Positions 22,161 through 33,700 of a stretch of DNA of 35,987 bases are shown here, piece after piece. Each line of letters opens with the position of its first letter. The first letter of the stretch is position 1. The DNA is taken from NCBI GenBank assembly GCA_029717555.1, contig JAMDHS010000018.1, positions 248,001-283,987 on the forward strand. Direction: 5' to 3'. The DNA is from Peribolospora baueri (taxonomy: Eukaryota). The position numbers were made by a program, and so were the translations under genes. A model generated the notes under the pieces. That model ran no database searches and had not been told where the DNA came from. It was given only the letters and a program-made list of their open reading frames with translations.

Positions 22161-22616
22161 GACCGCTGCCCTCGACCATATCGTCCGCCCGTCTCGGGTC
22201 GCATCGCATCGCACTTGCTCGGGGCAGCGGACGATAGGCGGATCTCGCACACGTCTCTCCCACCGACCTGGTTCATCGGATGGACGCCGGGGTCCACGTT
22301 TTGAGGATGTCTTCGTATGCGGCAAGGGAGGGCACTGTGCGGACAGATATGGGAGAAAAACGGCATCCACGAAGGTGGTTCGATTGGCGGCAGTCGTCCA
22401 AGACAAGCAAGCGACTTCCGAATTTTCAAGTCGGGCGATTGGATCCGTTTAACAGCGACAACCGCCGCAGCGTTTCGCGGCGCTTTGGCCATCCTGAGGG
22501 AACTGGCCGACCGGCTTCGACGACGACGCCTTGCCATCGCCTCCATATCCTCCGCCACATCTCTCCGCACTTGGCTGTCATCCCCCCTCCTCACGTCCTC
22601 TCCGTTGATCGTCACC

Positions 22617-24403
22617 ATGCCTCCACGACTATGCGCCATCTGCACGACCCAGCGGGCGATCATCAAGCGGCCCAAGACGGGCCAGCCGATCTGCAAGGAG
22701 TGCTTCTTCTACGTCTTCGAAGAGGAGATCCATCGCACCATCATCGGCAGCCGGCTCTTCAAGCGCGGAGACCGGGTGGCCATCGGTGCAAGCGGGGGAA
22801 AGGGTGAGTGGAGGGCGCGCGAGCGTGTGGGTGCTCTAGGTAGATAGATCCATCGCCCATTCGTACCCCGCGGCGTCGTTCATCGGGCCTCGTTCGTCAA
22901 CGGCAGACTCGACGGTTCTGGCCCACGTCATGAAGACGCTCAACGAGCGCTACGATTACGGACTGGAGCTCTTCTTGCTCAGCGTGGACGAAGGCATTTC
23001 CGGGTACCGCGACGATTCATTAGAGGTGAGCGCTTTTCGGCCCGCCTCCAGGTCGCGCCGCCTGGAGGCCACGTCGCCCGCAGCATCTCGTTAAAACATC
23101 CTCGACTCTGTCCTCCCTTCTCAAAGACCGTGAAGCGAAATCAGCAACAATACGATCTACCTTTGAAAATCCTGAGCTATGCAGAACTGTATGGGTGGAC
23201 TATGGATCAAATCGTGAAAGAGGTGGGGAGGAAGAACAACTGTGGGTTTTCCCTCGCCGACCGTCATCGATCACGTCCAACAACAGACCTTTGACACGCT
23301 AAACGTCTACATCTCCTTTCCGGGCTCCTTCCTTCCGGTACACGGCTCCGTCCGCTCTCACTCTTTTTCTCCCGTCGTCTCCTCGTTCAGGCACGTTTTG
23401 TGGCGTGTTCCGACGGCAAGCGCTTGACCGAGGAGCCATGTCCCTAGGCGTCGATCATATCGTGACAGGCCACAACGCGGACGACCTGGCGGAGACGATA
23501 TTCATGAACAGTGAGGGCAGCCTCTCAAGTGTGATTGTATTGCGGCGTCTCCCGCTGACTCCTCGTATGCTCATTCGTGATAGTCCTTCGGGGCGACACA
23601 GCCCGCCTCGAGCGGTGTACGGACATTGTCACAGCCGACGCGGACAGCTCCGAAGGCTCGTCCATACCTCGATCAAAGCCATTCAAATATGCTTATGAGA
23701 AGGAGATCGTCATGTTAGTTTGAACTGCCATTGTTTCCTTCATGTCCCTTCCTGACGATCGCCCGGCTTCTCGTTGACCCCGCCCGCGAATGGATGCGAT
23801 CGCCACCGACAGGTACGCCTACTTCAAGAAACTGGACTACTTTTCCACCGAGTGCACGTACTTTCCCGGCTCGTACAGAGGCCATTCACGAACGCTCGTC
23901 AAGGAAATGGAGTCGGTCCGACCGAGCGCGATCATCGATACCATCTATAGTGCCGAAGCGCTTAGCATCAATCGGCAGGTGAAGAGACCAGTGCAACGTG
24001 AGTCGTCGAAACGGTCCAGCCCATCGTCACAACCCGGCGGGTTGGGGGGAGGGAGGCCCCTCGAACGCCGCCTTGCTGAATGGGTGACTTGCCCCCCCCT
24101 TTTTTTTGTCACAGAGACGTGCGAGCGATGCGGGTACATCTCTTCGCAAGAGCTGTGTAAAGCCTGTAGTGAGTCTCCAAACGATCGGCCTCTCCCAACA
24201 TAGCCAAGACGAGAACAGAACCATGCTAAGACGCGCGCTCTCCTCTCCTTTCCTCTCCTCTCCTCTCCTCTCCTCGTGTTATTTTTTTTCCTCGCCCTGT
24301 TCGTTTGGACGCGCGCGCGCCCCTTTCTTTCTCCCCAGTGTTGCTTGACGGACTTAACCGGGGCATGCCTTCCATCAAGATCAAGCCGGAGAAAAGACGT
24401 TGA
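22617..24403 (+). CDS. NCS6: cytoplasmic tRNA 2-thiolation protein 1 (Ncs6/Ctu1), 8 exons
   Basis: Spliced: CAIC...[30 protein letters not shown] (PP-loop), [98 protein letters not shown]. Stop TGA at 24401-24403. Confidence 0.96.
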
Positions 24404-24842
24404 GCTCGTCGTCATGACTGTAGCTTAAAAAACCCTTTTTGCTCGGGAAGAAAACCCTGAGACATCGGTCGTGGGACCGCTCGCTCGATTGATCGATCGA
24501 TCGAATGCCTAAGGCGACCCATCATCATCGTCGTTCCTTCCTTCTGCCCGCCGTCAAACGTCTTCGCGTCTTGCTCCAGCGAATGACAGTCCCACAGCGA
24601 CTCGAGTGCGCGTCGCGTCTAGCCGGACCGTCCTGAGGCCATCTTGAGAAGACACTTTATCGTCCGAATACACCAAACGGCACGGGGAAGACTAGGAAGA
24701 CGAACGTCCCAGTTTTTTTCTTCTTCTTCTTCGGAGTGCGTGCGGGCAGTGACTTATTTACAGTACAGGATGCGAAAGAGGCTGACCCGACAGGCTAGTC
24801 CGACCCGTTCCCTCGCTTACGATCCCTGGCGCGACTAACTGA

Positions 24843-27631
24843 TCACAAACCTCGGTACAAGCTGCGAAGGCCGCTCGCCCTATCGGTCCAATGGACGCCG
24901 TAAACGAACAAGACGAGGCCGCGCACGAAGCGCCAGCTGCGGACGGCGTCGGAGAGGGGGTAGTCGAGAGGCGCGGGGATCATGGTGCGGATCAAGGAGA
25001 AGCGATCTTCCGTCACAGCTTTGGCGTTGCATAGGCCGCGGAGACCTTCGGGTCCGCCTGGGTGCATGGGATGAGAACGGGTTGGGGGGGGGAGGGGGGG
25101 CGTTGAAGAAAACGGACAGAGTTGACGGCAAGGGAATGAGCCTTTACAGATGAGACAATGTGGACCTTTTTCTTTCGAGGCTAAGATCAGACTTACCGAA
25201 GCGGCCGTAGCCGCTGCCCTTGGCACCGCCGAAAGGAAGGCCCTGTGAAAGGTACGAGACGCCGAAGCTGTGAGTTGCGATGTCAGCGACGACGGCACGT
25301 TGATGGTAGTGGTGACGGCGCAAGGAAGGACGATAAAGGACAAGGTCAGAAGCGGGACAAGGAGACAAAACGCTGGTCAGGCCAACCAGAACCAGTCGCG
25401 CAGGCGAAGACGAAGGAGAAAGGGCTACACACTCATTGATGTTGACCATACCCGCCTTCAATCTCCTCGCCACTCGCCTCGCTTCGCCCTTTCTGCTCCC
25501 AAACACGCTCGCGCCGAGTGCATACTCGCAATCGTTGGCCATACGCACGGCCTCGTCCACCGTTTGGTACTTCATGACCAGGAAGACGGGCGCGAAGAGC
25601 TCCTCTTGCGCAATCTTCATCTCCGGCCTGACGTCGACAAGGAGGGTGGGCTGGAAGTAGTGTCCCTTTGGCCAGCGCGGGTGAATGAGCCTCTTCCCGC
25701 CGACGAGCAGCCGTGCGCCAGCCTTGACGGCATCGTCGATCAGCCGCTCAAGGCGGTCGAACTGGCTAGAAGAGAGAAGCGCACCGCAATCTACGCGCAG
25801 GTCCGATTCGTTGACGTTGGGATCCAAGGCCCGAGAGGGGTTGAAGGCAGTGTCGTCAAGCCAAGAGCCGCACTGGAGCGTCTTCATTCGCGGCTCGATG
25901 AAGCCCATGAGCTCTGGCATGAGGGACCGGTGTACGATGAAGCGCTCGATGCCGATGCAGTTCTGGCCCATAGACTGGCTATCAGACGGATATGTCGGAC
26001 GGCGAGTCAGCTTCGCATCCCCATGAAGCGAGGAGAGGAAAGGAGAACAGACTCACAGGACGCCGCGCAGGAACGTGCTGTTGAAGAAGCCTATATCGGT
26101 CGACGGAAGCAGAATGGCGGGATCTTTGCCTGGCGATATTAGATGACGAAGAAACATGATCAGCAGCTCCGTTTCCAGAACCCTAAAATCCAAGCTTCAT
26201 CCTCACCACCCAGCTCCATCACCGTGGGGGTGAGGTTCTTGGCCGCGGCGAGAGCAACTTTGTGTCCCACAGGCTGGCTTCCAATGAAGGTGAGGTGAGA
26301 GAGAAACGGACTGGCAGTCAAAGCTTCTGCGGCTTCGGGGTAACAAGTGACGAGCTAGAGCGGTAGACGGAGACGGAGCAGACACGTAATGGCGGGTGAG
26401 TGGATGGACAGGACTTGGCGCTGGACGACGATGCACGCACCTGGACGATATCGGGATTGTGCCCGCAAGCGGAGAGACAGCTTCTGACGCTGTCAATGAT
26501 CCACGCACTGCTCCATGCGACCACTTCGGATCCCTAAAGAGACGTGTGCAGAGACTGCGCGTCAGATGAGCTTACAAACCAGTACCAAACACGAGCTCGA
26601 CGGCACTCACCTTCACGACAATGGCGTTGCCAGTGGCCAACGCAGCAATAACAGGGCCAAGGGCATTGTGAACAGGGTAGTTCCAGCTGCGATACCGGAA
26701 AGGTAGTCACTCGCGTCAGTGCAAGCCGATCAATGGCCACAAGAGAGAGCGGAGCTGTTGCAAACTTCAGCTCGGTTCGATTCGACTCAGATCAGCTCAC
26801 CTTACAACGGCGCCAACGACGCCAACTGGCTCCCACACGACGTAATTGCGTTTGTGAGCGAGCAGCAAGTTACCCTTTCGATAGTCGTCCGCGAGAACTT
26901 TTTCGGCGTTTGCGATTGTCCAACGCAGCTTCTCTGCTGTGGTGAGGAGCTCTCCAAAACTGACAGTCCGTTGATGTCAATGGGAGAGGAACAAGGCGAG
27001 GGGACGCGTTAGAAGGGAACGAGCCCATTCAGGCCAAAGCTAAGAGACACCACCGAGCGGGCAGCACTTACGCGGCGTCGATGGCCGTCTTGCCCGTGTC
27101 TCGCGCAGCAACACGGGCGATGACCTCCATGTCCTTAGTGATCCAGGCCAAAAGGCTCTTGAGCACCCGCCTCCTCTGCCACCACGCCGTTCCCCTCCAC
27201 TCCGGCCAAGCCGCCTGCGCCGCCTCGAGGCGCTGCCGGATGTCGTCCTCGGAGTGTGCGCGGACGGTACCGAGGTGGTATCCCGTGGCAGGGTCGTAGC
27301 AAATGATATTAGAAGGGTCGGAAGGGTCCGTGATGGAAGGAGATTCGAGCACATCGCCCTTCCATCCTGGACGGGCGGCTTCTGGGATTGGACGGGGGAA
27401 CTTGACGGGTGCCTCAGAGGGGGTTGTGAGGATGGATATGAGCTTGGAAACGAGGAGCGCAGCAAGGAGCGTGCCGATGGCATAGAGGACCGTCGGGTCC
27501 TCCAGAATGGGCTCGTAGTCGCCGTGGGCGAGTGCGAGGAGTTGGAAGTGTGCCTTGTCTATCCAGAGTTGGTGGGCCTTGTTCAGCCAGAGCTGGACGG
27601 ACGAGACGTGCGAGTCCTCCACTTCAAGCAT
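24843..27631 (-). CDS. MSC7: MSC7-type (ALDH22-like) aldehyde dehydrogenase with N-terminal membrane anchor, multi-exon
   Basis: An N-terminal TM segment, then IICYDPATGYHLG, ARDTGKTAIDAA|FGELLTT, EPVGVVGAVVS|WNYP, HLTFIGSQPVG, MELG|GKDPA (catalytic Glu), GQNCIGIERF (catalytic Cys), EELFAP, GLPFGGAKGSGYGRF|GGPEGLRGLCN and DRFSLIRTMIPAPLDYP. Confidence 0.9.
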
Positions 27632-27837
27632 GGCGGTGGACTGCGGGAGAAGCGAGAAGGCAATGAGAAGACAAAGTCCAGAAGAAGAGATGAGAGACCC
27701 GTGCAACAGATATATGAGCCTGCCGGTCCAGTCTGGACGAGCGGAGGAGGGGAGAGGAGAGAGAAGCGCCAAGAAGGAACGGCTAGGAAGAAGAACGCTG
27801 GCCGTGCATGGGCCAACCAAGGCCAGCGGCTAATGAG

Positions 27838-27860
27838 CACGTGGGCAAGCGCCACGTGAC
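27838..27860. promoter_or_regulatory. paired CACGTG E-boxes in the 327-bp divergent MSC7/NDUFAF7 promoter
   Basis: CACGTG at 27838-27843 and CACGTGAC at 27853-27860 (GTCACGTG on the - strand). Confidence 0.35.
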
Positions 27861-27958
27861 AAGCGGGCGCCGCAGCACCGATCAGTCCTTGTCGAGACGA
27901 GGCGTGTTGAAATTCGCTTTCAGCAAGCGACGCTGCTTTCGAACGCTGCGCCAGCATA

Positions 27959-30131
27959 ATGTCATTACCCATTCTCTCGCCGCTTCTGGCGAGGCGAGCG
28001 CTGCTGAGCTGCTCGAATTCTTCTTTCGGTGCTTGCTCCCACTCCGTTGGCCGGGCATGTTGCGCAGCTATCGCAGCCCCGAGAACGAGGATGTACACTT
28101 CCGCTACGGGGTCTGCTCTCGCTGATGGTCGCGCGCCGCCAAGGCTCGAGGATATGATCAGGGATGCTATCAGGGTGCGCCTTTCTCTCCTGTACCACTG
28201 TCCGTTTCCGTGATAGCTATTTACCGATGTACCTCCTTGGCCTGACATAATCCCCAGGTAGGCGGCCCCATGCCCATAGCGACGTACATGCGTTACTGTC
28301 TCACGCACCCGCTAGGAGGCTACTACATGGGTCGAGACGTCTTCGGACGCGAGGGAGACTTTATCACCAGCCCGGAGATTAGCCAGGTGTTTGGAGAGCT
28401 CGTTGCCGTCTGGTTTATGACCAGGTGGTCTGCCGCGGGCAGGCCCGGGTGCACGAGGATCGTGGAGCTTGGTCCGGGGAGGGGGACGTTGATGGAGGAT
28501 ATATTGAGGGTGGGTGGTGGGCCTCAGAGTGAACGGATGCGCACGAACCCGCACTGAATTTTTTGATTCTTCCCCAGACTCTCTCCACCTTCCCAAAAAT
28601 GGCAGAAACTCTTAAAACGATCGACTTAGTCGAAGCCTCTCCAGCCTTGCGAAAGATGCAAGAGGCAAGGCTGGAGGCTTGGAGGAGTGCCAAAGGCAAG
28701 GAACAGGGAGGAGGGCAACAGGTGGAGTTCCGATGGTGGAACAGTGTCGATGAGGTGCCTATCGGTGAGTGGAAGGAGCAAAGAGGCGGCGTCTTGATTT
28801 CTCGGCATCAAGCGCTCATTGCAGACCTTCCCGGCCCGGCTTCTTCAAAGAACCGCGGACCTACACAATGCTAGTCGCACATGAGTTTTTCGACGCGCTG
28901 CCTATCCACATATTCGAAGTATGTATGCCCTTCTCAGGGCCCATCCGTCCTTTCTAAAGCGCAGCTCATTTTCTTCGCGTCCCTGAACCGAGCTGACGTG
29001 CACGCCGTTTCATCTCCAGCGAACGCCAGACGGCTTCCGAGAAGTATTGGTCGACGCTCCAAGCGGCGGCGCAGCGTCGGGATTGACGGCGGCGCAACGA
29101 TCGTAAGTCGTTGCCGAGCGTCTGTCTGCCTTTATCCCCCTTGCGAGATCGCGAAAGTTTACGAGTCTGTACCGTGTCCATCCGTATCCATTAGCACCAT
29201 CATCAAACCGTCCGGCCCATCCTCACCCTCGGCACCACCGTCCCATCCTCCTCCACCTCTTCGCCTAGTCCTCTCCCCAACCACCTCCCCCACCGCTCTC
29301 CTCCTAGCTCAGAACCAGCCCCGTTTCTCAGGGATCCCTCCGGGAGGACGGGTGGAGGTATCTCCCGAGAGTTGGGCTGCGGCGAGGAGGGTTGCGGAGT
29401 TGGTTTGTGGGCGAGAGGGGAGGAAGAGTGGGATGGAGGGCGAGGGGGACAGGTTGGAGGATAAAACGGGGGGAGAGGAGGCACCGGTGGGAGGAGCAGC
29501 TTTGGTAGTGGACTATGGAGAACGTCGAGCGTTTGGGAACTCGTTCAGGGTAAGCATTTCGGTTGTCATGTCGTAGCGTACCGTCTGTATTCGACCGCTG
29601 GCACTGGTCTGACCGATTGGCTGTCCGGTCACGGGCGCCTTCTCTCTCCCCCTCCTTCCCGCATCCTATCACGACATGGCATGGGATCACGAAAGGCGTT
29701 CAAGCAGCACGAGATCGTCGACCCGCTGCAAGCGCCTGGCACGGCAGACTTGACGGCCAACGTGGACTTTTCGTACCTCCGAGACGCCATCGAGCCGATC
29801 TGTGAGTCCGACAAGGGATCCGAAGCCGTCCGAGCGTGGGCCGAGCGTCTTCAGTAACTCAATTGATTCGATTCTACCGATGCTTGTTATGCCAGCCCAA
29901 ACGCACGGGCCGCTCCCCCAATCCGACTTCCTCATCTCCCTGGGCCTGCAGTTCCGGCTGCAAGCGTTGCTGGACAAAGCGTCAACGAAGGAGCGGAGGG
30001 CGGCGATCGCTAGTGGTGCGAAGAGGCTCGTGGAGAGGAGCGGGATGGGAGGGCAATACAAGGTCTTGGGGGTGACGGCTGGGAAGAGGGTGGGCGAGGA
30101 AGGAACCGGGGTGTATCCGTTTGAGAATTAG
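27959..30131 (+). CDS. NDUFAF7: mitochondrial protein arginine methyltransferase NDUFAF7/MidA (complex I assembly factor), multi-exon
   Basis: A presequence-like N-terminus ([16 protein letters not shown]...), then [54 protein letters not shown] (SAM motif), [36 protein letters not shown] and MGGQYKVL. Confidence 0.93.
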
Positions 30132-30474
30132 ATGGGCGTCCCGTGGTTCTGTCGTCTGGATGGGGATGGGGGATGAGGATGGCACAAAGGTGCTGCGGCG
30201 CATATGCAAGTCTTGCGTGATCTGACGGATGGTTCGGAGATGTGGATGGATCGGACCGGCGAAGGGAGCAGACACTCGGTCTGGAGGATCGTGAGGAGAG
30301 AAGGAAAAGAGAGGGAAGGGTAGAGAGGAAGTCGAGAGAGCAAAGACAGGCAAGGAGGATGTGTATGGTTGACTGAGAATGGCGCAGATGGTCGCTGGCA
30401 GAGTCGAAATCGAGTCTGGGACAGATAATCCATCGTCGTCGCCTACTCCGAACCTCTTCCGGGGCCGGCCGAGC

Positions 30475-30496
30475 GACGACGACGACGACGACGACA

Positions 30497-30529
<33 letters not shown>
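30475..30529 (+). repeat. compound microsatellite (GAC)7-A-(ATG)11
   Basis: Counted directly: GAC x7 at 30475-30495 and ATG x11 at 30497-30529. Confidence 0.9.
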
Positions 30530-30574
30530 GTGATTATGATTAGATATCCCGCTTCTATCAACGGAAGGCGATGA
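30497..30574 (+). promoter_or_regulatory. candidate poly-Met uORF upstream of MET5 (M11-VIMIRYPASINGRR*)
   Basis: An open frame from the first ATG of the (ATG)11 run to TGA 30572-30574. 12 of its 25 codons are Met. Whether it is transcribed is unknown. Confidence 0.3.
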
Positions 30575-30765
30575 GAAAAATCTTTGCCGAAGCCAGGTCG
30601 ACGACGAGAGCGTCCGTCACAGGGCGAGGACGAGTCAAAGTCCCGCCATTGCCGTCTCCACCACCATCATCTCTTCCACCTCCACTACCATCATCACCTT
30701 TTCCTCTTCCACCACCACCACCACGACCACCTCTTCCTCCCTCCTCCTAGCCTCTTCGGTGAACA

Positions 30766-33700
30766 ATGTCCTCCTCGCCCGGCGCCGCCGTCGCCCGCGT
30801 CGCGAGCATCTCCTCCGACTCCCTCCTCTCTGTCCTCCCTCCCTCTCCCTCCTCTCGGTCCCCCTTCGCGCCCGCCCTTCCTCCGGCCGACGACAAGGAC
30901 AAGGACGGCGCCCATGTAGAAACCATCGCCCACAACGCTGACATCGGCGAGGCGCTCGGCAGGCACGTCGTCGCCGCACGATTGTCGCGCCGAGTCGTCA
31001 GTGGACGACGCATCGGCACCAGCCTTGTCTCCCTCCTCACCCTCTCCTCCGCCGTTGCGCTCACCAAGCTCGTCCCCCGCCTCCACGGCCTCGCCAACTC
31101 TCCCATCGTCGCTCACGTCGCCACCAGCGCCGACCACTCCGACGTCCTCGCCCTTCGCTCCTCCGGCTGGATCCTCCTCCACTCCTCCACCGCCCAGCAG
31201 GCTTACGACCACGCCATCGTCGCCGCCAAGCTCGCAATCTCCGCCGGAAAGGCCGTCCTCCACTTTTTCGACCTCGACCACACCGAGGCCGGCGACCGAG
31301 CAGTCGTGGAGAGGAGCGAGGACGAGCTGAGGTCGTTCTTCGGCCAGCAGCCCCTCCAGCTTGCTCACTTTGCCAACGGCAACGGCAACGGCGCCCACTC
31401 GGCCGCGACGCCCACCGCGAGCACCCTCTCCTCTTCAGGCTCGGGCGCAAGCCAGGCTTCGACCGACGACACGGCCGAGACGGTAGAGGATGTGAGCGCC
31501 ACGCTCGACGCCGCTTTCGCCGCTGTTTCCACCTTCCTCGGCCGCACCGTCGCCCCTTTCACCTTCACAGGCGCCCAAGACGCTCGGGACGTGGTTGTCG
31601 TCCTTGGCTCCGACGCTCCTGCGCTGTCCGCCTACTCGGCTAGAGCCCAGCAAGACGCCCGTTTTGCTACACTCGTCGTCCACCTCGTCCGGCCCTCCTT
31701 CCCCGCTCGCCTCGTCGCCGCCCTGCCCCCCATCGTCGAGCGGATCGCCGTGCTGGAGCAGAGTGCTAAGCGCACCACTCGCCTCGGCCCCCTCTTCGTC
31801 GACGTCTTCGCGGCATTCCAGCAGAGCTCCGAGCGACGCATTCCCCACCTCGTCAATGGTGTCCTCGGCGCCGTCACGGCCCACAACGTAGCCCACGTCG
31901 CGGACGTCATCGCGGAGGCGCTGAAGTCGGCCAAGGCTCCTCACGGCTTCGTCGCCGGAGACGTCCGGCCGTCGGCCGTCGAGGGCGCGAGCGGCAAGGT
32001 GCAGATCCCCAAGCACGAGGCGGGGTACACGAAGATGCTCGACAAGATCTTCGGCTCCCGACTTCAGCTCGTCAACTCTCCCGACGAGGAGGCCGCGCCC
32101 GCCCACCGGAGCCCCGAGTTCGCCTTCGGTCAGGTGCTCGCCCAATTGCAGAAGAGGGACGCGCTCGTGGACGCCGTGCGCCGCGCTCTCGCCTCTGGCC
32201 AAGTTCAGGGAGAGCTCCACGCCGCGCTCAGCGAGTGGCTCCTCGTTCGCGACGATGCGGACAAGAGCGCTCAAGTCGCCGAAAAGGTCCGCTCCCTCCT
32301 GCAGACCGCCGAGGGGGCGCAACTGGGCGAGGTCAAGGCGCTGGAGAGCCACCTGGCTCACAAATCGCGCTGGATCGTGGGCTCGGACGCGTGGTCGTAC
32401 GACGTCGGCTTTTCGGGCTTGCACCATGTCATCGCGTCGGGCAAGAACGTTAACGTGCTCGTCATCGACTCTTTGCCCTACACCGCCCGCGACGCCGCCG
32501 ACCCTTCGAAGCGCAAGAAGGACGTGGGCTTGTACGCGATGAACCACGGAGACGTCTACGTCGCTAGCACGGCCGTCTACTCGGACTACACTCAGGTCCT
32601 CCACGCGCTCATCGAGGCGGACAAGTACGATGGCCCGTCCGTCGTGCTCGCCTACGTGCCCTACCGTGTCGAGGACGCTCCCGCGCTCGAGGTGCTCAAG
32701 GAGACCAAGCTCGCCGTCGACTCTGGCTACTGGCCTCTATACAGGTGGGACCCGTCGGCGGACAAGGCGGGCCGGGAGCCGTTCCAGCTGGACAGCCAGC
32801 GGATCAAGAACGAGCTCAAGGAGTTCCTCGACCGACAGAATTACCTCACCCAGCTCGTCAACGCCCGTCCCGAGCTCAGTGCCACGCTCGCCCAGAGCGA
32901 GGGGACGAGCCTGAAAGAGGTACAGAAACGCAAGGCCAGGGAGGCTTATGAGAAGATGATCGGCGCCATGGATGGTCCTCCGCTTCTCGTCCTCTACGCC
33001 TCGGACGGAGGCAACGCGGAGAAGAGGGCCAAGAAGCTGGCCGACCGGGCGAAGCGTCGGGGTTTGGCGACGAGGTGTCTCGTCATGGACGACTTCCCTC
33101 TCGAGGACCTGCCGTCGGAGAGCCACGTGGCGTTTGTCACCTCGACCGCCGGACAGGGCGAGCCTCCGCAGAACGGGCGCGAGGCGTTCAAGGCTCTCAT
33201 GAAGGGCAGCTCGGCTCCCAAGCTGGAGGGCGTCAAGTTCACCGTGTTCGCCATGGGCGATTCGCACTACTGGCCCCGACCCGAGGACGCTCACTACTAC
33301 AACAAGCCTGGAAAGGACCTCGACGCGCGGCTGGAGGCGCTCGGCGGCGAGCGCATGGCTGATCTCGGTCTCGGAGACGATCAGGACGCAGACGGCCCTG
33401 AGACGGGTTACAAGCCCTGGGAGGCGAAGCTGTGGAAGGCGATGGGCGTGGACAGCGTGGAGGTGACGGAGAAGGAGCCCGAGGCGATCACGAACGAGCA
33501 CATGAAGATTGCGAGCAACTACCTCCGTGGGACGATCAAGGAGGGCCTCGAGGACACGACGACCGGACGCATCGCCGAGTCCGACACGCAGCTCACCAAG
33601 TTCCACGGCACGTACATGCAGGACGACCGGGACGTGCGGGAGGAGCGCAAGAATGCCGGCCTGGAGCCCGCTTACGCGTTCATGATCCGGTGCAGGCTGC

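Noticed and set aside
20900..22300. Several 130-210 aa ORFs in the long divergent intergenic region
   Set aside because: They are low-complexity Arg/Pro/Ser frames overlapping on both strands, built on GAGAC/TCG repeats, with no consistent coding signal.
24401..24845. Cryptic peroxisomal (PTS1) isoforms via stop read-through, as known in smut fungi
   Set aside because: None of the stop codons examined, here or in the other genes, has a TGA-CTA context or an evident downstream SKL-like ending.
27632..27820. In-frame hydrophobic N-terminal extension of MSC7 (and the similar 9013 extension of CWH43)
   Set aside because: Both begin at TTG in pyrimidine-rich leaders. The downstream ATGs are the more plausible starts.
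30584..30919. His-rich ORF (HHHHLFHLHYHHH) overlapping the MET5 start
   Set aside because: It starts at TTG rather than ATG. The His run is an alternate-frame reading of the CAC/CAT/CT-rich leader.
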